A stretch of 64,000 nucleotides of DNA from Candidatus Omnitrophota bacterium (GCA_031423615.1 JANPFV010000104.1:32170-96169); one strand, 5' to 3'. Counted from the stretch's first letter, positions 48,784 through 58,920 are shown. Program-made: numbers and translations. The notes: generated by a model from the sequence alone, not told the origin.

Positions 48784-49880
48784 AAATACTTCTTCTTTCC
48801 ACTCATCTGAATGTCGGCGGGATCACCACCTATCTTTTTGCGCTTTCCCGTCAATATCTTGACAAAGGGCATGATGTTTTTTTAGGTACGGCCGGCGGGG
48901 CCAGGGCCGAAGAATTTTCGAAATTAGGAGTACATCTTATTGATGCGCCGGTTGGGACCAAGGTGGAAGTTCACCCCCAGATTTATAAAGCTGTGCCCCG
49001 CTTGCTGAAAGTGATCCGCAAAGAGCAAATCGATATTATCCATTCCCATACAAGGGTGACGCAATTTTTAGGGCAAGTGTTGAGTTTCTTTTCTGGTGTG
49101 CCCTATGTTGCTACATCTCACGGATTTTATAAAACGCATTGGTTCCGCCGGACTTTTCCCTGTTGGGGGCGTGCGGTCATCGCGATCAGTCAGCCGGTGA
49201 AGGACCATTTGATCAATGATTTCAAAGTGCCTGCCGACCGGGTTTTTCTGGTACCCAACGGTATAGACTTACAATCTTTTCAACAGGTTGATCAGCTCGC
49301 CAAAGAACGAGCCCGGAAAAAATTTAATATTACGCAAACCCCGGTTATTGGAATGGTTTCGCGTTTAGCGGATGTGAAAGGTCACAGTGTATTGATTGAT
49401 GCTATGCCGAACATCATCAAATCTTTTCCAAAAGCCTTGCTGTTTCTCGCCGGAGAAGGGAAGATTAAAGACCAACTTAAGGCGCAGGTGAAACATATGG
49501 GTCTTGAGAATAATGTGACCTTTGCGGCGGTCTTTAATTCCAGCGGTTCTGTTCTTATGCTTTTTGATGTGTTTGTGATGCCGTCTCTAGATGAAGGGTT
49601 TGGTCTCTCGGGGATGGAAGCGCAATTGTGTGGTTTGCCTATCGTGGCTTCCAATGTCGGCGGTATTCCTTTCTTTGTGTTTCATGAAGAAACCGGCCTC
49701 TTGGTCCCGCCTAAGGATCCACAGGCCTTAGCGCAAGCTATCCTCCGATTTTTAAAAGATCCGCAATTTTCTGAAAGGATTGGACAACAGGCGCGCAAAT
49801 TTATTCAGGAAAATTTTTCTTCTGAAATCATGGCCAGAAAAACTTTACAGATGTACGAAAAGGTTTTAGCCGGGAAATGA
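48780..49880 (+). CDS. GT4-family glycosyltransferase
   Basis: MKILLLSTHLNVGGITTYL N-terminus, EGFGLSGMEAQLCGLPIVAS C-terminal motif; ATGA overlap with the upstream gene. Confidence 0.8.
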   Translation: MKILLLSTHLNVGGITTYLFALSRQYLDKGHDVFLGTAGGARAEEFSKLGVHLIDAPVGTKVEVHPQIYKAVPRLLKVIRKEQIDIIHSHTRVTQFLGQVLSFFSGVPYVATSHGFYKTHWFRRTFPCWGRAVIAISQPVKDHLINDFKVPADRVFLVPNGIDLQSFQQVDQLAKERARKKFNITQTPVIGMVSRLADVKGHSVLIDAMPNIIKSFPKALLFLAGEGKIKDQLKAQVKHMGLENNVTFAAVFNSSGSVLMLFDVFVMPSLDEGFGLSGMEAQLCGLPIVASNVGGIPFFVFHEETGLLVPPKDPQALAQAILRFLKDPQFSERIGQQARKFIQENFSSEIMARKTLQMYEKVLAGK

Positions 49881-50908
49881 GCATCCCTTCACAAGATTTA
49901 AAGCGTATTCTCGTCGTCAATGTGAATTGGCTGGGGGATGTTATTTTTTCTATTCCCGTCTTTAAGGCGCTACGTCAATATTATCCTGCGGCCCGCATCA
50001 GTTGCTTTGCGGTCCCGCGGGTCGTCGAGATTTTGCAGTGTGTCCCGCAGATTGATGACATTATTGTTTATGATGAAAAAGGGAAGGACCGCGGCTTCTT
50101 GGCTAAAATGATTATGGTTCACCACATCCGACAACAAAAATTCGACGCGGTTTTTTTATTGCATGGCTCTGGTTCGCGGGCGTGGTTAATGGTGTTGGCC
50201 GGGATTCCGGTCCGGGTGGGATACGCCAGCAAGAAAATGAAATTTTTAACGCATGCGATTGAACCGCTCAGCGATGACATTCACAAAGCGGATGTTTATT
50301 CAAATCTGATTGCCGCATATGGTTTGCCAGTTGCGGACAAAACTTCTTCTTTGTGTGTCCCGCAAGAAGCTCGGGAACAAACCGACAAAATTCTTGGCGC
50401 CGCCGGGATTCTTTTAAACGAGCCTTTTATTGTTGTCCATACCAGCGGCAATTGGGATTTGAAACGCTGGCCGCCGGAGAATTGGGCGCAATTGATTCGT
50501 ACGGTGGTGAGAAATCTTAAGATGAAAGTGGTTATTTCCGAAGGTCCGAAAGAAATCGGCTGGGCCCATGACATTGCGGTAAAATCCGGAGTCAATCCCG
50601 TTGTCTTGGCCGGCCAAACCAATTTGCTTCAACTCTTGGCGTTGTTAGAAAAAGCCGTGATAGTCATCAGCGCGGATTCCGGACCATTACATATGGCCAG
50701 TTGTGTCAGCCAAAATATTTTGGGGCTTTACGGACCGACAATGCCGGCTACAACCGGTCCGCGCGGGAAGGCCAAGGCATTAATTTTGCATAAAGACGTC
50801 TCTTGCAACCGCGCGTCTTGTTATTTTCTTCAATGTCCTAACAATGTGTGCATGAAAGCCATCACCGTTGAGGAAGTCGTTGAAAGCTTAAGGCCCTATG
50901 TTCGATAA
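49877..50908 (+). CDS. ADP-heptose:LPS heptosyltransferase (GT9)
   Basis: KRILVVNVNWLGDVIFSIPVFKALRQYYP signature; C-terminal SADSGPLHMA. Confidence 0.8.
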   Translation: MSIPSQDLKRILVVNVNWLGDVIFSIPVFKALRQYYPAARISCFAVPRVVEILQCVPQIDDIIVYDEKGKDRGFLAKMIMVHHIRQQKFDAVFLLHGSGSRAWLMVLAGIPVRVGYASKKMKFLTHAIEPLSDDIHKADVYSNLIAAYGLPVADKTSSLCVPQEAREQTDKILGAAGILLNEPFIVVHTSGNWDLKRWPPENWAQLIRTVVRNLKMKVVISEGPKEIGWAHDIAVKSGVNPVVLAGQTNLLQLLALLEKAVIVISADSGPLHMASCVSQNILGLYGPTMPATTGPRGKAKALILHKDVSCNRASCYFLQCPNNVCMKAITVEEVVESLRPYVR

Positions 50909-51869
50909 AAGCAAAATAAAAAAGATCCTCGTTGTTTCTCTGAGTAATATCGGCGATGTGATTTTGACTTTTCCGGTCATTGATATTTTAATGCGTGATT
51001 TCCCCGACACACAAATCGATGTGGTTGTCGGTCCCAAAGCTGAAAATTTAATTAAGGGACATCCTGGTTTGAGAAAAGTTTCTCTTTACCGCCGTGAACA
51101 GTCTCCTGTCGATACCTTGAAATGGTTGCAGGAGATGAAGACTCAACACTATGATCTGGCGGTAGATTTACGAAATTCCGCCATTCCTTTTTTGGTTTTC
51201 GCGAAACATAAAACGCCACTTATGATAGCGCGGCCCAAAGGCCATATGCGTCAGCAGCATTTATCGCGGTTAAAATTGGTATACGATTACTCCTCGGAGT
51301 CCCGCCCTAAAGAGGCCTTTTTTATTTCAGAGAATGACAAAAATGTTGTGGGAAAACTTTTAAATGCGATAGGAAGTTTTGTCGTTATCGCTCCGGGGTC
51401 GCGGGCTGAAAACAAGCGCTGGCGCGAAGATGGTTTTGCCAAGCTCGCTGACTATCTGGGGGATCAGTACAACGTAAAGATTGTGTTTGTGGGGGATGAA
51501 AACGATATTGAAGTTGTGGCCCGCATCAAGAGTTTAATGAAAAATCATTCTTTGGATTTGACCAACCAGTTGACGCTTGCACAATTGGGAGGGGTGTTAA
51601 CATTGTCCCGTCTGGCGGTGGTCAATGACAGTGCGCCCATGCATTTGGCGAGTTATCTGGATGTTCCCGTGGCTGCATTTTTCGGTCCCACCGATCCCAA
51701 GAAATATGGGCCGTGGGGTAAAGAAAATATTGTCATTCAAAAAAATGGCGATTGCGCGGCTTGCCACGGTAAAAAGAATTATCTTCATGACTGCATGCAG
51801 GCCATTGGTTTTGAAGATGCGTTTTCTATTTTAGAGTCGTGGCTTAAAGGGACTTTAAATGGGAAATAA
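50898..51869 (+). CDS. ADP-heptose:LPS heptosyltransferase (GT9)
   Basis: KKILVVSLSNIGDVILTFPVIDIL signature; VNDSAPMHLA. Confidence 0.8.
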   Translation: MFDKSKIKKILVVSLSNIGDVILTFPVIDILMRDFPDTQIDVVVGPKAENLIKGHPGLRKVSLYRREQSPVDTLKWLQEMKTQHYDLAVDLRNSAIPFLVFAKHKTPLMIARPKGHMRQQHLSRLKLVYDYSSESRPKEAFFISENDKNVVGKLLNAIGSFVVIAPGSRAENKRWREDGFAKLADYLGDQYNVKIVFVGDENDIEVVARIKSLMKNHSLDLTNQLTLAQLGGVLTLSRLAVVNDSAPMHLASYLDVPVAAFFGPTDPKKYGPWGKENIVIQKNGDCAACHGKKNYLHDCMQAIGFEDAFSILESWLKGTLNGK

Positions 51870-52902
51870 AAAAATGAACATTCTTGTCGTGCGGACCGAC
51901 CGGATCGGGGATGTGGTTTTGACCACCGCCGCCGTGCGCGCCTTGCGTAAAAATTATCCCGACAGCCGCATTGCCATATTGGTCGCTCCCGGAACGCAGG
52001 ATTTGGTGGAGGGTAATCCCGACATTGACGAAGTCATTGTCCATGACCGTAGGATCCAGTGGAGCTTGTTTAAGCAGGCGATGAATTTGCGCCAGCATAA
52101 ATTTGACTGGGCGATCATTTTTCATACCAAGAAGTGGACGAATCTTTTGTGTTTTTTCGCGGGCATTCCCCGTCGAACCGGTTATTGCAATGAAAAGCTG
52201 GGATTTCTTTTGACGGAGCGTGTTCCCGATGATCGCGCAGCCGGAATCAAGCATGAAGCGCAATACTGTTTAGACATTCTCAATTATGTGGGTGTGCCCG
52301 CGCCCTTGTCGGAAATGCAATGTGTCATTCCTATAAATGCTCAATCGGACGCATGGGCGCAGAAGTGGTTTGCGGATCATAATGTCAACCCCAAGGAATT
52401 CATTATTGTCAATCCTTCGGCCAGCGATCCGGGACGGCAATGGCCGGCGGAACGTTTTGCTAAGATTATTGAAATTCTTCAATCCAAAAATATCGGTCCA
52501 ATTGCGGTCATCGGTACAAAAAAAGATGTGGCCGCGGAAAAAGTCCTCTCCTTAGTCAAGTCAACCGATACGATCCGGGTTCTTGACTTACGAGGGCAGA
52601 CGACTATGACGCAGCTCATTGCCCTTCTGCGCCAATGCCGGATGCTTATTTCCAACGATACCGGTCCGGTCCATATTGCCGCCGCTCTGAAAAAACCCGT
52701 GGTCTCGATCTTTACCCGCGATGAACCAGGTATAAACCCCGAAAGATGGCGGCCATTGGGTTCAACGGTCAAGGTTGTTATAACTCCTGTTAAGGGAATG
52801 ATTTCCAATTATAAAGCAAAGGCCATCGATTATAGTTATTTGAACGCCATTCCCGTTGAGAGTGTCTGGGAAGCTGTTGACGCCCTCTTGAAACTGTGTT
52901 AA
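51859..52902 (+). CDS. ADP-heptose:LPS heptosyltransferase (GT9)
   Basis: MNILVVRTDRIGDVVLTTAAVRALRKNYP signature; SNDTGPVHIA. Confidence 0.8.
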   Translation: MGNKKMNILVVRTDRIGDVVLTTAAVRALRKNYPDSRIAILVAPGTQDLVEGNPDIDEVIVHDRRIQWSLFKQAMNLRQHKFDWAIIFHTKKWTNLLCFFAGIPRRTGYCNEKLGFLLTERVPDDRAAGIKHEAQYCLDILNYVGVPAPLSEMQCVIPINAQSDAWAQKWFADHNVNPKEFIIVNPSASDPGRQWPAERFAKIIEILQSKNIGPIAVIGTKKDVAAEKVLSLVKSTDTIRVLDLRGQTTMTQLIALLRQCRMLISNDTGPVHIAAALKKPVVSIFTRDEPGINPERWRPLGSTVKVVITPVKGMISNYKAKAIDYSYLNAIPVESVWEAVDALLKLC

Positions 52903-52944
52903 AATCCACACTTCATTTTAGATCAATCAATCTTCTCTATTATT

Positions 52945-53982
52945 ATGACTGCATACAAACAGTTAATATCCAATTTTAAGCGGAAAAGGATTTTGGTCGT
53001 GGGAGATGTTATTCTTGACCAGCATATCCGCGGGACAGTTAGCCGGATTTCTCCCGAAGCGCCGGTGCCCATTGTTCTGCAAAATGGGGAAACGACATTC
53101 AGTCCGGGCGGGGCCGCCAATGTGGCCAGCAATCTTCGCAGTTTGGGAGCCCGTGTCACCTTGGTGGGACGTATCGGGAAAGACAGCGATGGAAAACTTT
53201 TTCTTCAGTGTCTCAAAAAGGGCGGTATTTCCACCAAAGGAATTTTTCAAGATTCGCAGATTCCGACGATTGTCAAAACACGAATTGTTGTCCAGCATCA
53301 GCAGGTTTTGCGTTTAGACCGCGAAAAGGTCGAAAATAGTTTGAATGAAAGATTTTTAGCCAGGATAAAAAAATTTTTGCAAAAGTCTATTGCCGCTTAT
53401 GACGCCGTTATTTTGTCGGATTATGGGAAAGGTTTGTTGTGTAAAGAACTTTTGGAATTTATTTTTAATCTGGCGCGCGAGCACGATAAAATCTTGACCG
53501 TCGACCCTAAGGTAGAACATTTTTCCTATTATCAGGGGGCGACGTCGATTACGCCGAATCGCAAAGAAGCAGAAAATGCCATCCGCAATATCAAGATTAC
53601 CCACTCCCTAAGTCATCGTTTGGGCTTAAACAGTGACCGATTAGACACTTTAGCCGACGTGGAACGCGCCGGAGAGCAGCTCCTTAAATTTCTTAAACTT
53701 CAATCGCTTTTGATCACTTTAGGCGAGCAGGGAATGTGCATTTTTGAAAAGGGTAAGAAGTCGATCCAGATTTCGACGCGGGCGCGGGAAGTTTTTGATG
53801 TCACCGGCGCCGGGGACACGGTCATTGCGGTCTTTACTCTCGCTTTGAGTACGGGCGCGACCAAGTTTCAGGCCGCGGATCTGGCCAACTACGCGGCTGG
53901 CATTGTCGTCGGGAAAATGGGGGCGGTCGCGGTCAGCCGTAAAGAATTGTTGGATGCTATAAAACATCATGGGACAAAATAA
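52945..53982 (+). CDS. hldA: D-glycero-beta-D-manno-heptose-7-phosphate kinase (HldE domain I / RfaE1; PfkB family), kinase-only
   Basis: KRILVVGDVILDQHIRGTVSRISPEAPVPIV N-terminus and DVTGAGDT motif; no fused adenylyltransferase domain. Confidence 0.8.
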   Translation: MTAYKQLISNFKRKRILVVGDVILDQHIRGTVSRISPEAPVPIVLQNGETTFSPGGAANVASNLRSLGARVTLVGRIGKDSDGKLFLQCLKKGGISTKGIFQDSQIPTIVKTRIVVQHQQVLRLDREKVENSLNERFLARIKKFLQKSIAAYDAVILSDYGKGLLCKELLEFIFNLAREHDKILTVDPKVEHFSYYQGATSITPNRKEAENAIRNIKITHSLSHRLGLNSDRLDTLADVERAGEQLLKFLKLQSLLITLGEQGMCIFEKGKKSIQISTRAREVFDVTGAGDTVIAVFTLALSTGATKFQAADLANYAAGIVVGKMGAVAVSRKELLDAIKHHGTK

Positions 53983-53985
53983 TTC

Positions 53986-54720
53986 ATGAAGGCCATGGGT
54001 GTCATCCCGGCACGTTGGGCTTCGACCCGTTTCGAAGGGAAAATGCTCGCCGTTTTAAATGGACGTCCCTTGATTGAACACGTTTGGCGGCAGGCCAAAC
54101 GGTGCCATGTTCTTGAAGATATTCTCATTGCCTGCGACGACGACCGGATTTTAAAAACGGCCCGGAGTTTTGGTGCCAACGCCGTGAGGACAGCTTCCGA
54201 TCATGAGTCGGGAACGGATCGCATTGCCGAAGCAGTGACAAGAATTTCTACGGATGTGGTGATAAATATTCAAGGTGATGAACCCTTGATCGATCCGTCC
54301 GTGATCGACCGCTTGGCCAAAGTATTGCTCGCTGACCCAGCGCTTCCCATGGCGACGGTGATCAAACGGATCACAAAGGAAGACGATCTTGAAAATCCTA
54401 ATGTCGTCAAAGTGGTGATTGATCTTCAGCAGAACGCTCTGTATTTTTCTCGCTCGCCGATGCCCTTTCAGCGAGAGAAGAAGCCGTTTCAAGACAGTAT
54501 TTATTATAAGCACTTGGGTCTCTATGGTTATCATAAAGATTTTTTGTTAGGGTTTAAAACATTGCCTTATTCCGCATTGGAAGCAACAGAAAAATTAGAG
54601 CAGCTTCGCGTTTTGGATGCGGGTTATAAAATTAAAACGATTGAAACCGATCATGACAGCATCGGCGTTGACACCCCGGAAGATCTTCAGCGCGTCGCAG
54701 GGATGATGAAAGGCAAATAG
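53986..54720 (+). CDS. kdsB: 3-deoxy-manno-octulosonate cytidylyltransferase
   Basis: GVIPARWASTRFEGK ... NIQGDEPLI signature. Confidence 0.9.
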   Translation: MKAMGVIPARWASTRFEGKMLAVLNGRPLIEHVWRQAKRCHVLEDILIACDDDRILKTARSFGANAVRTASDHESGTDRIAEAVTRISTDVVINIQGDEPLIDPSVIDRLAKVLLADPALPMATVIKRITKEDDLENPNVVKVVIDLQQNALYFSRSPMPFQREKKPFQDSIYYKHLGLYGYHKDFLLGFKTLPYSALEATEKLEQLRVLDAGYKIKTIETDHDSIGVDTPEDLQRVAGMMKGK

Positions 54721-55548
54721 ATGGTCAAGAAAATCAAATTGGGAAAAATTATTTTCGGCGGGAGCAATCCCTTTGTTCTTATCGCGGGACCGTGCGTTAT
54801 TGAAAGCAAGGATATTGTTTTTAAGATTGCCGAAAAATTGCTCAAGATGACGCGTCAACTGGATATTCCTTTTGTTTTTAAGGCCAGCTATGACAAAGCC
54901 AATCGTACGTCGATGGGGTCTTTCCGCGGCCCGGGTCTGTCCGCGGGTTTGAAAATTTTAGCGCAAGTAAAAAAAGAATTTGGCGTGGCGGTTTTAAGCG
55001 ATGCTCACAGCGCTGAAGAAATGCCTTGTGCCGGCGAAGTTTTGGATATTATCCAGATCCCGGCGTTTCTCTGCCGGCAAACCGACATTGTTGTTGCGGC
55101 CGGAAAAACCGGTAAAATCATTAATGTTAAAAAAGGGCAATTCCTTGCTCCGTGGGATATGGCATCCGTCGTAAAAAAGCTGGAAAAAACCGGTAATGAT
55201 AAAATTCTTTTAACGGAGCGGGGAGTAAGTTTTGGTTATAATAATTTAGTCACAGATTTTCGTTCGCTGGCGATCATGCGTTCGTTAGGTTATCCCGTCG
55301 TTTTTGACGCGTCGCACAGCGTCCAGCAGCCGGGCGGATTGGGTGAAACATCGGGCGGCAAAAGCGAATTCATTCCCCTTTTGGCGCGTTGCGCTGTCGC
55401 CGCAGGATGCGATGCCATTTTTACCGAAACCCATTTGGACCCTTCGCGGGCCCTTTCCGACGGGCCCAACATGATCCCGTTAGGCCAATTGGCCAGCCTT
55501 TTAAAAAAATTAAAGGAAATAGATGCGATCGTGAAGAAATCCATTTAA
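54721..55548 (+). CDS. kdsA: 2-dehydro-3-deoxyphosphooctonate aldolase (Kdo8P synthase)
   Basis: Full-length KdsA similarity (FVLIAGPCVIES, FKASYDKANRTS). Confidence 0.9.
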   Translation: MVKKIKLGKIIFGGSNPFVLIAGPCVIESKDIVFKIAEKLLKMTRQLDIPFVFKASYDKANRTSMGSFRGPGLSAGLKILAQVKKEFGVAVLSDAHSAEEMPCAGEVLDIIQIPAFLCRQTDIVVAAGKTGKIINVKKGQFLAPWDMASVVKKLEKTGNDKILLTERGVSFGYNNLVTDFRSLAIMRSLGYPVVFDASHSVQQPGGLGETSGGKSEFIPLLARCAVAAGCDAIFTETHLDPSRALSDGPNMIPLGQLASLLKKLKEIDAIVKKSI

Positions 55549-55581
55549 TGACCAACGCTTAAATACCATTTGAATATATTT

Positions 55582-56538
55582 ATGTTAAACAAAGCCAAAG
55601 AAGTTATTGAGATTGAAGCGCAGGCTGTGCGGGCCTTGGCCCAGCGCCTCGATAAGAATTTTATTAAAGCCATCGATGTGATCGTCAAGTGCCAAGGGCG
55701 GGTCATTGTGGTGGGAATGGGCAAGACCGGTCTCATCGGCCGGAAGATTGCGGCCACATTATCATCGACGGGAACGCCCAGTATTTTTATTCACAGCGCG
55801 GAAGCTGTGCATGGCGATTTGGGGCAGGTCACCCCGGCGGATGTTTTGATCATCATTTCCAACAGCGGTGAGACCGAAGAGACAAATCGTCTTTTGCCGT
55901 TATTAAAAAAGATCGGGGCGATAGCGATTGCCATGACGGGAAATCGCAAATCCAGTTTGGCAAAATTCAGCGATGTCGTTCTGGATGTTTCCGTCGAGAA
56001 AGAAGGTTGTCCTCTGGGATTGGCTCCGATGGCCTCGACGACGACGACCTTGGTCATGGGCGATGCTTTGGCGGCCTGTTTGATTGTCAAAAAGGGTTTT
56101 CGCAAAGAGGATTTTGCATTTTATCATCCGGGGGGAGCGTTAGGCCGCCGTTTGCTGCTCAAGGTCGAAGACTTGATGCGCAAGGGTGAGCATTTCCCGA
56201 AAGTGGGAAAGGAAAGAAAAGTCCAAGATGTGCTTTTGGCGATCACCAAGGCGCGCTGCGGCTCGGCGTGCATTGTCGACGCCAAAGGTCGATTGCTGGG
56301 TATTTTTACCGACGGCGATCTGCGCCGGCATTTGGAAGAAGGCTCGGATGTCTTGCAGAAAACTGTCAAAGGGGTTATGACCAAGAACCCGACAACGATT
56401 TTGCAAAGCAAACTGGCCGCGGAAGCTTTTGCTCTTTTGAAAGAAAAGAAGATCGATGAGCTTCCTGTCGTCGATGACAAAGGACGGGCCGTGGGGCTCT
56501 TGGATATTCAGGATCTTTTGAAAGCGGGGTTAATTTAA
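55582..56538 (+). CDS. kdsD: Arabinose-5-phosphate isomerase (SIS + tandem CBS)
   Basis: SIS domain (VIVVGMGKTGLIGRKIAATLSSTGTPS) plus two CBS domains; ATG at 55582 preferred over the TTG at 55570. Confidence 0.85.
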   Translation: MLNKAKEVIEIEAQAVRALAQRLDKNFIKAIDVIVKCQGRVIVVGMGKTGLIGRKIAATLSSTGTPSIFIHSAEAVHGDLGQVTPADVLIIISNSGETEETNRLLPLLKKIGAIAIAMTGNRKSSLAKFSDVVLDVSVEKEGCPLGLAPMASTTTTLVMGDALAACLIVKKGFRKEDFAFYHPGGALGRRLLLKVEDLMRKGEHFPKVGKERKVQDVLLAITKARCGSACIVDAKGRLLGIFTDGDLRRHLEEGSDVLQKTVKGVMTKNPTTILQSKLAAEAFALLKEKKIDELPVVDDKGRAVGLLDIQDLLKAGLI

Positions 56539-57059
56539 TGGATTCCATGTTGAAGGAAAGAATTAAGAAAATTAAAGTTCTGGCCCTGGATATCGATGGC
56601 GTTTTAACCGACGGCAAAATTATCGTGGACAGTCAAGGTGGGGAAATAAAGAATTTTGATGTGCAGGACGGGTTTGGCATGGTGGTGATGCGTAAGGCGG
56701 GATTTAAAATTGCGATCATCACGGCGCGCAATTCCCGGCCGGTGGATTTTCGCGCCCGGGATTTGCACGTCGACAAAGTTTATCAGGATGCTTTTCCTAA
56801 GATAGAATATTACAAGCGTATGCTAAAAGACTTGGGTGTTTCCGACGAAGACGTTTGTTATATGGGGGATGATCTTCCCGACCTGGGTGTTTTAAAACAA
56901 GTCGGTTTTGCCGTCAGTGTCCCCAATGGTGTCGAAGAAGTCAAAAGAACCGTGCACTATATCACGCATAAAGCTGGCGGCCATGGTGCGGTCAGGGAAG
57001 TCATTGAGATCATTTTAAAAACGCAGGACAAATGGGACGGGATTTTAGCGGCCTTATGA
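56538..57059 (+). CDS. kdsC: Kdo-8-phosphate phosphatase (HAD family)
   Basis: LALDIDGVLTDGKI motif. Confidence 0.85.
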   Translation: MDSMLKERIKKIKVLALDIDGVLTDGKIIVDSQGGEIKNFDVQDGFGMVVMRKAGFKIAIITARNSRPVDFRARDLHVDKVYQDAFPKIEYYKRMLKDLGVSDEDVCYMGDDLPDLGVLKQVGFAVSVPNGVEEVKRTVHYITHKAGGHGAVREVIEIILKTQDKWDGILAAL

Positions 57060-57877
57060 AAAAACTATTCCCTTTTTTATTTTTTATTTTTCTTGCCGCG
57101 CCCGCATCGGCCCAGCGGGGTGCTCAGCAATTCGAAAAATTCAATCTCCAGGGCTATACCGACGCCGGGGTCAAGGCCTGGGATGTCAAGGGCGACACGG
57201 CGCAGATCGAAGGAAACAAGGTCAACATGAACAATGTCGACGCCAACCGGTATGGCGAACAGCGGGTTAATCTGACCGCGGCCAGAGGGACATTGGATAA
57301 AGCGAACGGCAATGTCCATTTGGAGCAGGATGTTGTCATTACTTCCCAAAACAACGGTGGCCAACTTAAGACGGATTATTTAGACTGGGACAAAAATAAG
57401 GACATCGTAAAAACTGATGCACCGGTTGTCATTACTGATCCGGCCCAGGGCATGACCGCGACGGGCATTGGATTGAAAGCTCATCCGGGATTGCAGACCG
57501 CGCAGATGCAGGAAGATGTTAAGGTCACGGTTGTTTCCCAAAAAACGAATGTCCAGACCGTTACCATCACTTGCGACGGCCCGATGGAAATCGATCAAAA
57601 AAAGAACAAAGCCACTTTTACCAAGAATGTTGTTGCTGTCGAAACGGATCGGACATTGAAGGCGGACTTGATGGAAGTCTTTTTTGATCCGGTGACTAAT
57701 AAAATTAAAGAAGCCGTGTGTACGGGCCATGTGCAAATTCTTCAAGGAGGCAATATTACCTATTCGGACAAAGCGGTTTACAACGGCACGGATCAAACTT
57801 TGACCTTGGTCGGCCGGCCGAAGCTCATTATGGTCACGGGTGACAAGGGAATCATGCCGAATTTAAAGGAAAAATAA
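57056..57877 (+). CDS. LptA/LptC-family (OstA-like) periplasmic LPS transport protein
   Basis: Signal peptide; OstA-like beta-jellyroll motifs (TGHVQILQGGNITYSDKAVYNGTDQTLTLVGRPKL); position between kdsC and lptB as in the kdsD-kdsC-lptC-lptA-lptB arrangement. Confidence 0.65.
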   Translation: MKKLFPFLFFIFLAAPASAQRGAQQFEKFNLQGYTDAGVKAWDVKGDTAQIEGNKVNMNNVDANRYGEQRVNLTAARGTLDKANGNVHLEQDVVITSQNNGGQLKTDYLDWDKNKDIVKTDAPVVITDPAQGMTATGIGLKAHPGLQTAQMQEDVKVTVVSQKTNVQTVTITCDGPMEIDQKKNKATFTKNVVAVETDRTLKADLMEVFFDPVTNKIKEAVCTGHVQILQGGNITYSDKAVYNGTDQTLTLVGRPKLIMVTGDKGIMPNLKEK

Positions 57878-58042
57878 ACGCGATATGTAAGTTTTGCTGA
57901 TTCGACTAGTCAGCAAGCATCAATCATCAATCATAACGATAGATTAAAACTTGCACAGGGCGTAAAATAATTTTTCCCCCTATTTTAAGTTTAAAGAATT
58001 TCTAGAATCCGTTAGGCAGGGCCCTTTTTCTTTAAGAAAGTA

Positions 58043-58072
58043 TTGCGAAATTTTTGAAACGCGGTATATAAT
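58043..58072 (+). promoter_or_regulatory. Putative promoter for lptB (TTGCGA ... TATATAAT)
   Basis: Strong -10 TATAAT at about 58067-58072 with a TTGCGA -35-like hexamer 16-18 nt upstream. Confidence 0.35.
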
Positions 58073-58098
58073 CACTTCTTTGTTGGTTAAAGGACAAA

Positions 58099-58827
58099 AT
58101 GTCGCTTCATCTTCTTGAAACGCGGAGTCTCACGAAAAGTTATGGCGGCCGCAAAGTCGTTGACGGCTTGAGCATTTCGGTGGGACGTTCCGAGATCGTC
58201 GGTATTTTGGGTCCTAATGGCGCGGGAAAAACCACATCATTTTATATGATCGTGGGGATAATCCAGCCGGATTTGGGTCAGATCCATTTTGACCAGATGG
58301 ACATCACCAAGAAACCGATCCATGAGCGTTGCAAGCTGGGCATGGGATATTTGGCCCAGGAATCATCGATCTTTCGTAAATTAACTGTTCAGGAAAATAT
58401 TCTCGCGGTTTTAGAAACCCTGGATATTAGCCCGCGCGAACGTAAGAAACGGCTTAACAGTTTGCTTGAAGAATTGAATATCGGGCATTTGGCTAAATCG
58501 AAAGCGTATACATTGTCCGGCGGAGAACGCCGCCGTTTGGAAATTACGCGGGCCTTGGTCACCAATCCATCATTTTTACTGTTGGATGAACCGTTTTCCG
58601 GTATCGATCCTATTGTCGTCGCAGAAGCTCAGGACATTATCCGCGATTTGAAGAAAAAGGGCTTGGGGATTTTGTTGACCGATCACAATGTCCGCGAAAC
58701 TCTTTCGATCACCGACCGGGCTTATCTCGTCGCCGACGGCAAGCTTTTGATTTCCGGCACCGCGGAGGATTTGATCAATAATCCCAAGGCCAAGCAGATT
58801 TATTTGGGTGAAAAATTTAGGATGTAG
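58099..58827 (+). CDS. lptB: LPS export ABC transporter ATPase
   Basis: Walker A GPNGAGKTT, signature LSGGERRRLEITRAL, Walker B LLLDEPFSGID. Confidence 0.9.
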   Translation: MSLHLLETRSLTKSYGGRKVVDGLSISVGRSEIVGILGPNGAGKTTSFYMIVGIIQPDLGQIHFDQMDITKKPIHERCKLGMGYLAQESSIFRKLTVQENILAVLETLDISPRERKKRLNSLLEELNIGHLAKSKAYTLSGGERRRLEITRALVTNPSFLLLDEPFSGIDPIVVAEAQDIIRDLKKKGLGILLTDHNVRETLSITDRAYLVADGKLLISGTAEDLINNPKAKQIYLGEKFRM

Positions 58828-58920
58828 AATAAGTCGTAATGAGAACCCCTCGTCCCGTGCAGGGATTCGGGTTTGGGTGTACTTAACGGTATAAACCAGA
58901 TAAAAAAGAGGACATCAATA

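Noticed and set aside
57905-57927. Hairpin TTGCTGATT-cgact-AGTCAGCAA (contains ACTAGT) after the lptA/C-like gene
   Set aside because: A good 9-bp stem but no U-tract follows. It may still be a weak terminator or processing site, but the evidence is insufficient to call a feature.
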